In this document: one piece after another, positions 47,286 to 56,982 of the stretch
How the letters are laid out: each line of letters starts with the position of its first letter
Position numbering within the stretch: position 1 is the first letter of the stretch
Assembly (NCBI GenBank): GCA_043753995.1
Contig: JAYUVP010000098.1
Location: forward strand, 1-64,000
Reading direction: 5' to 3'
From: Fibrobacterota bacterium
GTDB taxonomy: Bacteria; Fibrobacterota; Fibrobacteria; UBA11236
DNA length: 64,000 nt
Notes under the pieces: generated by a model
Database searches by the model: none
Told to the model about the DNA's origin: nothing
What the model saw: the letters and a program-made list of their open reading frames with translations, nothing else
Made by a program: the position numbers and the translations under genes

Positions 47286-49622
47286 ATGAATTTGAATCCA
47301 AGGGGAGCGCGTTTCGCTCCCTTTATGTTAGTCACGCTTTTGCCGGCCCTTTACGCCTTCGGTGAAACTGGCAATAGTCTTTGGCTAAGATATGTCCCCC
47401 TATCGGATACGGCTTTGCGTAACGAGGCGCGGACCAAAATAACGCAAATCGTGGTGCAAGGTAATTCTGAAACGATCACCACCCTGCGCGGCGAATTGCA
47501 ACGTGGTTGCGATAGCCTCCTCGCCCAAAATACGCCGGCTGCGTCCTCCGTCACCTTGGACGGCGCGGTTATCGCCGGAACGCCTTCCTCATCCAGCCTC
47601 ATCAGTGGGCTAGGTCTCACCCTCGATGCCCATCCCGAGGCTTATCGTATTCGGACAACCACGGTGAGCGGCAAAAGCGCCATCGTCATCGCCTCGCAAG
47701 GCGAAATCGGAACGCTATACGGAGCCTTCCACCTTTTGCGATTGCTGCAAACCCACAAGTCCCTAGCCAATTTGGATATCTCAGAGAAACCAAAGATCCG
47801 CCGAAGGCTTCTGAATCATTGGGATAATTTGGATGGATCGATAGAGCGCGGATATGCGGGGAGCTCCTTGTGGAAATGGAGCCAACTTCCGGGGACCCTC
47901 GATCCACGCTATACCGCCTATGCACGCGCCTGCGCGTCGGTGGGCATTAACGGCACGGTATTGAACAATGTCAATAATAGCGGCAATAAAGACATTCTTT
48001 CCACCGCCTATATCGGCAAGGTTGCGGCCTTGGCGAATGTCTTTCGCCCCTATGGAATCCGCGTCTATCTTAGCGCTTACTTCAATGCGCCTCAGCAGGT
48101 GGGGGGCTTGGCTACTTCGGATCCGCTGAACGCCTCGGTCATTTCTTGGTGGGCGACCAAGGCGAATGAAATCTATGCCGCTATTCCCGATTTCGGCGGC
48201 TTTCTGGTCAAGGCCAATTCGGAAGGCCAACCTGGACCGAAAACCTATGGGCGCACCCATGCTGAGGGCGCGAATTGCCTCGCCGACGCCTTAGCGCCGC
48301 ATGGAGGCGTGGTGTTCTGGCGCGCCTTTGTGTATGACGATCATATTGACACCGATCGCATGAAACGAGCTTATCTCGAATTCAAACCACTCGACGGCAA
48401 GTTCCGCAAAAACGTGATTGTCCAAACCAAGAATGGCCCCTTCGATTTCCAGCCCCGCGAGCCCGTTCATCCCTTATTTGGCGGCCTGTCCAGTACTCAT
48501 GTCAGCATGGAGTTCCAGATCACATCGGAGTATCTAGGACAATCGACACACCTGGTATATTTGGCCCCGCTATGGAAAGAAGCCTTGGACTTCGATACCC
48601 ACCAGAATGGGCCGGGTTCGACGGTCGCCAAGGTGGTGGATGGTACGCGTGACGCGGATACTTTGACCGCCATTTCCGGAGTCGCCAATACCGGGGACGG
48701 GGTGAATTGGTGCGGGCACGATTTCTTGCAAGCGAACTGGTATTCCTTTGGCCGCCTTGCTTGGAACCATGAGCAGTCCTCGGATTCCATTGCCGAGGAT
48801 TGGACCCGCATGACTTGGGGAAATGCGTCGGAAATTGTCTCAACAATTACAACCATGATGGCGGGCTCGCGGGAAGCCATCGTCAATTATATGATGCCTC
48901 TGGGCCTGGTCGGCATTTTCGCGAATGGCCATCATTATGGTCCCGATCCCAGTTATAATGCTGACACGACCCATCTCGATTGGAATTCGGTTTATTGGCA
49001 TAAGGCCGATGCTATGGGTTTGGGTTATAACCGAACCGCGACAGGCAGCAATATGGTTGGCCAATATTTCCCAACGGTACGTGATCGCTTCAATAATATC
49101 GCCACCACGCCCCCGGAATACCTCGCCTTCTTCCATCACGTGAGGTGGGATTATGTGCTTCCCTCCACGGGAAAATCGTTCTGGAATGAGCTCAATCAAC
49201 GCTATTGCAGCGGCACCCAATACGTGACGGGGATGCGAACGCAATGGGCATCTCTGAATGGGCGGGTGGATGCGGCGCGCTACGCCGCGGTTTCAACCAA
49301 GCTTACCGCGCATGAAACCAATGCCAATACGTGGCGCACGACTTGCCTGAATTATTTTCGGACCTTCAGCAATTTGCCCATTTCCGGGTGCTCGCCGGTG
49401 GTGGCCCTCCAGGATGCGCGGATAGCGCCCATTTTAACGCCACAGTTACAGCCTATACATCTCTATCATACATCCGGACGCTTGGTACGAATTTTCCCAG
49501 GAGGCGAATTGGATTTCGGTTTGAAAGCCCTCCGTGCAGGGGGGAGCGATTTGCCCATAGGCATTTATTTCCTCCGGCAGGGGGACACCCGAAAGCGTAT
49601 CCTGGTGGAACTTTCGAAATAG
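47286..49622 (+). CDS. aguA: Secreted GH67 alpha-glucuronidase with T9SS-like C-terminal domain
   Basis: LWLRY, NHWDNLDGSIERGYAG, KANSEGQPGP, KNGPFDFQPREP; signal peptide; tail LYHTSGR...GIYFLR. Confidence 0.93.
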   Translation: MNLNPRGARFAPFMLVTLLPALYAFGETGNSLWLRYVPLSDTALRNEARTKITQIVVQGNSETITTLRGELQRGCDSLLAQNTPAASSVTLDGAVIAGTPSSSSLISGLGLTLDAHPEAYRIRTTTVSGKSAIVIASQGEIGTLYGAFHLLRLLQTHKSLANLDISEKPKIRRRLLNHWDNLDGSIERGYAGSSLWKWSQLPGTLDPRYTAYARACASVGINGTVLNNVNNSGNKDILSTAYIGKVAALANVFRPYGIRVYLSAYFNAPQQVGGLATSDPLNASVISWWATKANEIYAAIPDFGGFLVKANSEGQPGPKTYGRTHAEGANCLADALAPHGGVVFWRAFVYDDHIDTDRMKRAYLEFKPLDGKFRKNVIVQTKNGPFDFQPREPVHPLFGGLSSTHVSMEFQITSEYLGQSTHLVYLAPLWKEALDFDTHQNGPGSTVAKVVDGTRDADTLTAISGVANTGDGVNWCGHDFLQANWYSFGRLAWNHEQSSDSIAEDWTRMTWGNASEIVSTITTMMAGSREAIVNYMMPLGLVGIFANGHHYGPDPSYNADTTHLDWNSVYWHKADAMGLGYNRTATGSNMVGQYFPTVRDRFNNIATTPPEYLAFFHHVRWDYVLPSTGKSFWNELNQRYCSGTQYVTGMRTQWASLNGRVDAARYAAVSTKLTAHETNANTWRTTCLNYFRTFSNLPISGCSPVVALQDARIAPILTPQLQPIHLYHTSGRLVRIFPGGELDFGLKALRAGGSDLPIGIYFLRQGDTRKRILVELSK

Positions 49623-49636
49623 GGAGGAGGAAAAGC

Positions 49637-50143
49637 ATGGCAAGCGCATTCGCCGAGGAGTTCAAGCGGGAAATCACGGAACGCATGGGGGAAAGCCGCG
49701 TGCGCCTGGGCAAATGCCTGGACGAGCTGGCCGCGGAGGACCTGTGGCAGCGGCCCAATGGCTCATCCAATTCCGTCGGCAACCTTCTGCTGCACCTGAA
49801 TGGCAACCTTACTCAATGGGTGCTGGCTGGCTTCGGCGGGGCCGACGACCATCGCCGCCGCGACACCGAGTTCGCCGCCCGCGAGGGAAGCGGCAAGGAG
49901 GACCTCCTGTCGCACCTGGGTTCGACCCTCGATGCCGTGCTGGGGCTGCTCGCGGGCGCGGGGGATGCCGAGCTCCTGCGCGTGCGCCCGGTGCAATGCT
50001 ACCAGGCAAGCGGCATCTCCATCTTCGTGCATGTGACCGAGCATTTGTCCTACCATACGGGGCAGATTGCCTTCTGGACCAAGCAGCTCAAGGACAAGGA
50101 TCTGGGCTTCTACGCGGGAGTGGATCTGAACCGCAAGCCCTAG
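49637..50143 (+). CDS. DinB/DUF1572 family protein
   Basis: GGAGG RBS; NSVGNLLLHLNGNL.QW, RRDTEF, EHLSYHTGQI. Confidence 0.88.
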   Translation: MASAFAEEFKREITERMGESRVRLGKCLDELAAEDLWQRPNGSSNSVGNLLLHLNGNLTQWVLAGFGGADDHRRRDTEFAAREGSGKEDLLSHLGSTLDAVLGLLAGAGDAELLRVRPVQCYQASGISIFVHVTEHLSYHTGQIAFWTKQLKDKDLGFYAGVDLNRKP

Positions 50144-50403
50144 GCGCCGGTATTTTTGTTCGTCTTCCTTTTTTTGGAAATGAAAAACAACCAGGCCGTC
50201 CAGGTTTAGGGCTCGTGCTATGCCTTCTGTTTACTGCTTTCACATCGCATCGGTTTTTGAGCCGGAATAGCCCATATCTCGCCTTTACCTCCCGATTCGG
50301 CAAAAAGGTTGGGCCGGGGTTGCCCGATAGCGTTAATTTGCGAAAACCATATGAGACGTCGCCTCCGAAGTCGGTGGTTAATAGGGCATTTGAAGGGGAA
50401 ACT

Positions 50404-51552
50404 ATGTCGGCCAAAGCCAAAATCTTGTTTAATACCGTTCTTGGGATCACCCTTTCCGTTGCCTTAGGTGGGGCTGCGAATAAGGCCTGGGCGGAAGACT
50501 CGACCTGGGTGCAATTGTTCAATGGCAAAGATCTCAGTGATTGGGACATCAAGTTTGCCGGCAAAGAATTGAATGTCAATTTCAACAATACCTTCAAGGT
50601 CGTGGACAGCGCCATCAGCGTAGACTACAGCGGCTGGACCCGGTTTAGCGATGAGTTCGGTCATGCAGCCAATAAGACCAAGGCTTATTCGCACTATTTA
50701 TTACGTGTCGAGTACCAAGTGGGTCCGACTCAGGTTACCGGCGGACCTGCCTGGGCCGTGCAAAACAATGGTCTGATGGTGCATTCGCAGTCGATGGCCT
50801 CCATGACCCTAAAGCAAGATTTTCCTATCAGCATGGAGACGCAGTTGCTGGGCGCAGGCAATACCGGATCCAATCCGAAGAACACCATGAATTTGTGCAC
50901 GCCAGGAACGGCCTTTTACAATAATCCCTCTGGTGGAAGCGTCAACATGGAACATTGCGTTCCCTCAACTGCCACTGCGCGACCCGCACCCGGAACTTGG
51001 GCATGGGTTTCGGTTTCGGTCATGGGTGATTCCATCATTCGACATTTCAATCAGAAAAGCCCCACAGGCACTCCCGTCTTCACCTATTACCGGCCCGTAT
51101 ATTGGACGGGAAATGTCGCCAACCCTCCCGCGAATACACCCGCCAATGGCACTCCTTTGAAAAGCGGATATATCGCCATTCAAGCCGAAACGCATCCCTA
51201 CAAATTCCGCAAGATGGAGCTACTCGACCTGGAAGGCTGCATGGACAAAGCCAGCCCTGCTTATCGCACCTATTTTGTGAAAAGCAATGCCGCCCTTTGC
51301 GCGGGGACCGCGGTGAATCCGCGCCGAACCTTGCCCCAGGGCACGACCCTGAAGCGGGAGGCCGGAGGCTTTTCCTTTTTGGCTTCCAACCTGGGTAACC
51401 TGGAAGTTACGGATGCCTCGGGCCGCCAAGTGCTTCATTCCCATTTGCAAGCGGGCCATTCTCAGCACGTGTCCTTGCCGCAACGGGGCTTATATGTCGT
51501 GACTTGGCGCCAAGGAGCCGAGATTACCCGTATGAATTGGGCGAATTTTTAA
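50404..51552 (+). CDS. Secreted DUF1080 (3-keto-disaccharide hydrolase-like) protein with T9SS-like tail
   Basis: LFNGKDLSDW, NNGLMVH, FPISMETQ, GYIAIQAE, FRKME; tail VTDASGR...GLYVV. Confidence 0.88.
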   Translation: MSAKAKILFNTVLGITLSVALGGAANKAWAEDSTWVQLFNGKDLSDWDIKFAGKELNVNFNNTFKVVDSAISVDYSGWTRFSDEFGHAANKTKAYSHYLLRVEYQVGPTQVTGGPAWAVQNNGLMVHSQSMASMTLKQDFPISMETQLLGAGNTGSNPKNTMNLCTPGTAFYNNPSGGSVNMEHCVPSTATARPAPGTWAWVSVSVMGDSIIRHFNQKSPTGTPVFTYYRPVYWTGNVANPPANTPANGTPLKSGYIAIQAETHPYKFRKMELLDLEGCMDKASPAYRTYFVKSNAALCAGTAVNPRRTLPQGTTLKREAGGFSFLASNLGNLEVTDASGRQVLHSHLQAGHSQHVSLPQRGLYVVTWRQGAEITRMNWANF

Positions 51553-51757
51553 AGCGCACTAAAGCCAGTAGAATTTTGAGGGTGCGGTGACCTTATTTGC
51601 GCCTTCGCCCTAAGCTCTTTGAGACCGGTTGCGATTTGTGAGTTTCCGGTCTTCCATTTCCCCTTTTTAACTACACCTGCCTTGCATCACAATTCCTGCG
51701 TCATCCGCTCCTGCCTTTGCAAAAAAGTACGGGAGCCCTGGCCCAAAGGAAGAGCGA

Positions 51758-53308
51758 ATGCAAGGACAAAATTTACGCCATGGGTATTTCGGTCTTTTCA
51801 GCATCCTCGGCCTCGCTGGACTGGCGGGTTGCCTGCTTGGCAATAACGCTCCCGCCGACAAAGAAAAAGCCAAGACGATTATAGTCATTAGCGACACGGG
51901 AACCCCCCAGGACACGGCGAAAACCACAAAAACCGACACGATAATAAAGGTAGATACTGTTACAAAAACTAAAACAGATACTGTGGTGACCGTCAAGCCT
52001 ATTGACGTGAAGCCAGTCGACCCCGTGGTCACCCTTCCTCCCGTCGAACCGCCACCAGCACCCACTATTTTGACCCAGATGCTTCGTCTCGAACCGACCA
52101 AGTTGGGAGGTCTCGGCAAAAGGAGTATTTCGGTCGACACCGGTGTCACCGGACCGCATTGGTCGAGTGATTTCAGGCTCACCAGCTTTAAGACCCCCAT
52201 CACCCGCATCGTGCTCGAAAACATTGAGCACAATCGCTATGCCGAGATATTCACCTGCCGCACCGGCAATTGCCTCGTCGAGCTAGTGGGTGATCAATTG
52301 GAAGACATTCTTGGCGCGGTATCGGCTGAAATCCAACCGGGCACCTATACCAGCGTGAACTTCAATTATTGCCGCGATGGAGAATCGGGTTATGAATCCC
52401 ATGTCACCGGGGATGTCGAGCTGGATGGAAGACGCTGGCATACCAAGGAAGGCACCAGTATGACCTTGGAGTCGCCAGCGACAGCATCGCGTATCCATTA
52501 TTCGGGTTGCGGTCGTTCCTTTCCCTTGCCACGTCCTGTAATCATCGCGGGCGATACCTCGCGCTCTGGAGGGGGAGATTCTGTGGGTAACGGCGGAGAT
52601 ACGTCTCATGTCGCTTGCTGGCGCAGCCTTTTCGATTCACTTTCGCGCGCGGGTATTAACCCCGACACTTTGGAGCAGCTTCCACCCGGCCTGGAAGGAC
52701 GGTGCCCAGGCGAACCGCCTCAAGACGGTGGGGAAGGTGGACAGGGGACGACAGGCGGACTCATGAAGAGGGCCACGGGCGTTCTCATCGCCGAACCGGT
52801 GCGTTTTCGCCTATTCTATGACATCGACGGCATAGTCTGGGCAGGCCTGAATGAACCCGACACCAAATGGGCTTGGGCCCCGGGCAATTGCACCGGTCCG
52901 CATCCGGATGAATCCATGACCGATACCGTGCCCTATATTTGCGCAGGATACCCTGACATCGCCGGCACGAGCGATTCGACTGCCCCGACTCTTGAGCGCT
53001 ACTATTTGAATGAGTCTAGCGTCTTCGGCCTCTTCTTCAATTCCGATGACACCTTTATCGGAGGGTATTCCCGGCGTTACCTAGTGCAAGGCTCAAGCCG
53101 CACGCCGGGATTTGAGCCCGTCACCCCCATTCGCTTTTTCACGGCTTTGGGTGGCGGTGCCTATCACTTCGCCAACTATGGTTCTTCGGTGAGTTCGAGT
53201 TATTTCGAAACCAATGATTTCCGCCGAGAGGCACATAGTGGCAGCTACACCGTAGAGCGCGGCACCCCTGGAGATTATTCCGCAACCCTTTCACCACCGA
53301 GTCTTTAG
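51758..53308 (+). CDS. Hypothetical lipoprotein with DT-rich and Pro-rich linker
   Basis: Lipobox LAGC; TDT/VDT repeats; several paired Cys. Confidence 0.8.
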   Translation: MQGQNLRHGYFGLFSILGLAGLAGCLLGNNAPADKEKAKTIIVISDTGTPQDTAKTTKTDTIIKVDTVTKTKTDTVVTVKPIDVKPVDPVVTLPPVEPPPAPTILTQMLRLEPTKLGGLGKRSISVDTGVTGPHWSSDFRLTSFKTPITRIVLENIEHNRYAEIFTCRTGNCLVELVGDQLEDILGAVSAEIQPGTYTSVNFNYCRDGESGYESHVTGDVELDGRRWHTKEGTSMTLESPATASRIHYSGCGRSFPLPRPVIIAGDTSRSGGGDSVGNGGDTSHVACWRSLFDSLSRAGINPDTLEQLPPGLEGRCPGEPPQDGGEGGQGTTGGLMKRATGVLIAEPVRFRLFYDIDGIVWAGLNEPDTKWAWAPGNCTGPHPDESMTDTVPYICAGYPDIAGTSDSTAPTLERYYLNESSVFGLFFNSDDTFIGGYSRRYLVQGSSRTPGFEPVTPIRFFTALGGGAYHFANYGSSVSSSYFETNDFRREAHSGSYTVERGTPGDYSATLSPPSL

Positions 53309-53345
53309 AAGCCATCTCTAAAATCCTTCCTGGCATCTGCCGCCA

Positions 53346-53405
53346 GGAGGGGGGAGACGAGGCCGACCACGCTTGCCGGGAATGACGGGCCGAAGGCGCG
53401 GGGGG
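53346..53405 (-). repeat. REP-like element copy 3 (inverted, more diverged)
   Basis: Minus strand reads CCCCGCGCCTTCGGCCCG...GGTCGGCCTCGTCTCCCCCC. Confidence 0.5.
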
Positions 53406-53553
53406 AGACCCAGGGAAGGAGTGCTTTACGATACGTCCCCCCGATAAAGGGTGCCTAGAGTGTTGTCCGTCGATTTTTATGGTGGATTCGCTGTTTGTTG
53501 TTCTCCCTTTTTCATGGTTAGCCTAACTTTGTTGTTTCAACGGAGGCGTAGCC

Positions 53554-55848
53554 ATGACTGCCAAACACAGGTGGACTTTTTTTCGTGCGGGAGGCTTTGA
53601 TCAGGTCAAGCTCGAAACGGGTGACGACTTGATGAATCTCGCTTCGCTCGATCAGAAGCTGTGGGTGGCCTTGGCATGTCCGACCAGCGGGCTGGAAATC
53701 GACAAGCGCACTCTTGAATTGATTGACAGCGATAACAATGGTCGCGTGCGTGTGAGAGAGCTGATTGCCGCTGTGCAATTCGCCGGGCAAAGCGTAAAGA
53801 ATGCCGACGATTTGCTCAAGGGCGAAATGAGCCTGCCCTTGGCTTCGATACAAGACGGCACGGCGGAAGGCAAAACCCTGCTGTCCTCGGCCAAACAAAT
53901 CTTGCATCATATCGGCAAAAGCGACGCAAAGACGATTTCGGTGGAAGATGTTTCGGACAAGGCTCGCATTTTCGCGAATACCGCCTTCAATGGCGATGGC
54001 GTCATCACCGAGGCCTCAACGGAAGACGATGCGACCAAGCGATTGTTTGGCGAAATCATGGATTGTCTTGGAAGTGTGACGGATTTATCAGGAAAGCCGG
54101 GTATTGATGCCGCCAAGGTCGATGCTTTTTTCGCGGAGGTAAAGTCCTATGGGGAATGGCATGCCCAGGCCGAAGCCGATGCCGCAACGATATGGCCTTT
54201 GGGACAGGAGAAGACGGCGCAGGCAGCAGGAGCCATAGCGGCGGTGAAGCGCAAGGTCGATGACTATTTCGGACGTTGCCGCCTGGCGGCTTTTGATCCG
54301 CGCACCGCCTCCTTGCTCAATCGCAAGGAAGAAGAATATCAGGCTATCACCAGTCAGGATTTGAGTTTTACCGTGAACGAAGTCGCAGCCTTCCCTCTGG
54401 CTGCCGTTGCTGCGGGCAAGCCCTTGTCTTTAGCAACGGGCCTCAATCCCGCCCATGCCGCCGCCGTAGCCGACCTGGTGGAAAAGGCCATCACGCCCTT
54501 GCTCGGATCGCGAACGCAATTGACCGAAGCGGATTGGGTGGCCCTGCTTGCGAAAATCGCTCCCTATCAAGCTTGGGAATCACAAAAGGCCTGTCCGCAT
54601 GTCGAAAAACTTGGGCATACCCGCCTGCTGGAAATCGCAGCAGGCCAAGGCCGAGCCGCTTTGTCGGATTTGATCGCGCGCGATATGGCCTTGGAAGCTG
54701 AATTCAAAAGCATCGAGAAAGTCGAAAAGCTGGTGCGCTATTATCGCGACTTGCGCTTGCTTTGCACGAATTTCGTGAACTTCAAGGATTTTTACGACGG
54801 TCAGGATCCTGCGATTTTTCAATGCGGCACCCTGTATCTCGATCAGCGCGCCTGCCACCTATGCCTGCGTGTCGAGGATCCGGTCCGACATGCCGCCATG
54901 GCGGGTCTGGCGGGAGCCTACCTGACTTATCTCGATTGTGTCAGCAAGTCGACCTCGGAAAAAATGCAAATCGTGGCTGCCTTCACATCCGGAGATTCAG
55001 ACAATTTGATGGTGGGCCGCAATGGCCTTTTCTATGATCGCCAAGGCCTGGATTGGGATGCGACCATAGTCAAAATCATCGATAATCCCATCAACATTGG
55101 CCAGGCTTTTTGGTCGCCCTATAAGAAATTCGTGCGCTATCTCGAAGAGCAGGTGAATAAGCGCGCGGCTGCCGCGGACGCCGAGTCGCACAATCAACTC
55201 GCTGCTACCGCGGTGACCGCCGTGAACGTGGACAAAACCAAACCGCCCGTAGTTCCGAAAAAGTTGGACGTGGGAACTGTAGCTGCCATTGGCGTAGCCG
55301 CAGGTGCCATTGGCACTTTTTTCACCGCCATGGTGGGCTATGCCACCGGCATTTTCAAGCTGGGCCTTTTGCCCACGGTCGGTGCTTTGATTGGCGTGCT
55401 GCTTCTCATTTCGACGCCTTCGGTGATCATGGCCTATGTGAAGCTTCGCAAGCGCAACCTGGGTCCCATCCTCGATGCCAATGGCTGGGCCGTGAATGCC
55501 AAGGCGAAGATCAATGTGCCCTTCGGAGCTACGCTTAGCAGCACGGCCAAATTACCGCCTGGTTCGCGCCGCGATTCGAGCGATCCCTATGCCGAAAAGG
55601 GCCTGCCCTGGAAGCGCCTGGCCCTGGCGACCGTGTTATTATATGGCTGCTACCGATATTACACCGGCAGTCTGGATCGGGTCTTGCCCGCGGCTGCTCG
55701 TTCCGTCAAGGTGCTGGGCAAATGGTCTCCTAAGGCGGAGAAGGCTCCGGCAGCCGTGCCCGCGCCAGTGAAGGACGCGAACGTTCCCGCACCTGCGGCG
55801 GCTTCGGAATCGGCCCCCGAAGTGGCACCAGCGGCGACAACTCCCTGA
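53554..55848 (+). CDS. Uncharacterised membrane-anchored protein with EF-hand-like loop
   Basis: GGAGG RBS; DSDNNGRVRVRE; C-terminal TM segments; Ala/Pro tail. Confidence 0.85.
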   Translation: MTAKHRWTFFRAGGFDQVKLETGDDLMNLASLDQKLWVALACPTSGLEIDKRTLELIDSDNNGRVRVRELIAAVQFAGQSVKNADDLLKGEMSLPLASIQDGTAEGKTLLSSAKQILHHIGKSDAKTISVEDVSDKARIFANTAFNGDGVITEASTEDDATKRLFGEIMDCLGSVTDLSGKPGIDAAKVDAFFAEVKSYGEWHAQAEADAATIWPLGQEKTAQAAGAIAAVKRKVDDYFGRCRLAAFDPRTASLLNRKEEEYQAITSQDLSFTVNEVAAFPLAAVAAGKPLSLATGLNPAHAAAVADLVEKAITPLLGSRTQLTEADWVALLAKIAPYQAWESQKACPHVEKLGHTRLLEIAAGQGRAALSDLIARDMALEAEFKSIEKVEKLVRYYRDLRLLCTNFVNFKDFYDGQDPAIFQCGTLYLDQRACHLCLRVEDPVRHAAMAGLAGAYLTYLDCVSKSTSEKMQIVAAFTSGDSDNLMVGRNGLFYDRQGLDWDATIVKIIDNPINIGQAFWSPYKKFVRYLEEQVNKRAAAADAESHNQLAATAVTAVNVDKTKPPVVPKKLDVGTVAAIGVAAGAIGTFFTAMVGYATGIFKLGLLPTVGALIGVLLLISTPSVIMAYVKLRKRNLGPILDANGWAVNAKAKINVPFGATLSSTAKLPPGSRRDSSDPYAEKGLPWKRLALATVLLYGCYRYYTGSLDRVLPAAARSVKVLGKWSPKAEKAPAAVPAPVKDANVPAPAAASESAPEVAPAATTP

Positions 55849-55854
55849 AAAAAT

Positions 55855-55883
55855 CGGCGCCTGCAGTTCGCGCGCCGTCTTTT
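55855..55883 (+). terminator. Probable intrinsic terminator
   Basis: CGGCGC...GCGCCG followed by TCTTTT. Confidence 0.5.
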
Positions 55884-55905
55884 CAGCTTCGAAAAGCCAT
55901 ACGGT

Positions 55906-55943
55906 GTTACCCCCATGTTTCGGTAACATACAGGATACATTTT
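55906..55943 (+). repeat. 38-bp motif, copy 1 (copy 2 at 63212-63249)
   Basis: GTTACccccATGTTTCGGTAACATAcAGGATACaTTTT. Confidence 0.9.
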
Positions 55944-56055
55944 CGCATTTTTCGGGCTTATTCTTGAGATAATTACGCGATACGCATCCCTGTTAGGTCA
56001 TATTGGGAAAGCTATGCCTTCGGTTGAAGGCGGTACTGGCTTCTAGGAGCACTCA

Positions 56056-56961
56056 ATGAAAACATGGACTGGACAAAAAAAAATCGTCATGGCGACCTTG
56101 GTATTCGTGGCCCTCGGTCTCACCGGATGCCTGACGAACGACGATCCAAAATCGAGCGCCGTGCAAATTGCCGATTTGAAAGTGACGCCCAATAGCATTA
56201 TCGCCGGAGAAGGTGCCTATGTCGAGGGCACCTTGACTTCTACCAATGCCTTGACCTCGGTCAAGGTGACGATTTGGAAAGGCACGACGGACATGACCCT
56301 GGGCAAAGGTTTCACAGTCACCCAAGGTGCCTTGGGCGATGCGAAGAAAGCCTGGAGCCTGAAATCGGATGGTAATGTGCGTGTTACGGTAGGTGGGGCG
56401 GCGGCCACGGGGGAATACACCGTCAAGGTGAGCGCCTTTGCGGGTATTGATTCGACAAGTGCTACAGCGACGCTTACCGTGACGGGAAAAGCCGTCACCA
56501 CCCAGGAAATCGTTTTAGGATCCAATAAAAATGCCTTGGGTGGCTCGGTGGATTTGGACGCGATGCTGGTGTACTTGCACGCGGATGCTAAGGCCATTTC
56601 CGGAAAAATCGATCTCTATTATGCCCATTCGGTTACGGGCGGGGACCGGCTTTTCACTCCGGCCCAAGCCAAGGTGAGCGGTTTCGGCGTGGAAACCAAT
56701 GGCCCTGCAACTTGGACGGTGGCCAATGATACCGAGTTTCGCGAATTGATTTTGAGCGAAAGCGCTTTTGCGGCTATCACAACGCAAGAATCCATCGACG
56801 CGCTTTGGGCGGGAGCGACTGCTATTACCAGTGGCGGCGATGCCGTATCCGAAGGTGCCACCTATATCGTGAATACTGAGATGGCGAAAAAGGTTTTGAT
56901 TCGGGTTACCGCTATAACGGCGGGAGATGCCGGGACCTTGACCGTCAAAGGCACCAAGTAA
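56056..56961 (+). CDS. Hypothetical lipoprotein
   Basis: AGGAG RBS; lipobox LTGC; Ig-like N-half; IDLYY motif. Confidence 0.85.
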   Translation: MKTWTGQKKIVMATLVFVALGLTGCLTNDDPKSSAVQIADLKVTPNSIIAGEGAYVEGTLTSTNALTSVKVTIWKGTTDMTLGKGFTVTQGALGDAKKAWSLKSDGNVRVTVGGAAATGEYTVKVSAFAGIDSTSATATLTVTGKAVTTQEIVLGSNKNALGGSVDLDAMLVYLHADAKAISGKIDLYYAHSVTGGDRLFTPAQAKVSGFGVETNGPATWTVANDTEFRELILSESAFAAITTQESIDALWAGATAITSGGDAVSEGATYIVNTEMAKKVLIRVTAITAGDAGTLTVKGTK

Positions 56962-56982
56962 AAACTCGAGGTTGGTCTGCTC

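Noticed and set aside
49331..50403. Long ORF calls 49331..50143 and 49714..51552
   Set aside because: Upstream extensions overlap real genes; RBS and signal peptide support starts at 49637 and 50404
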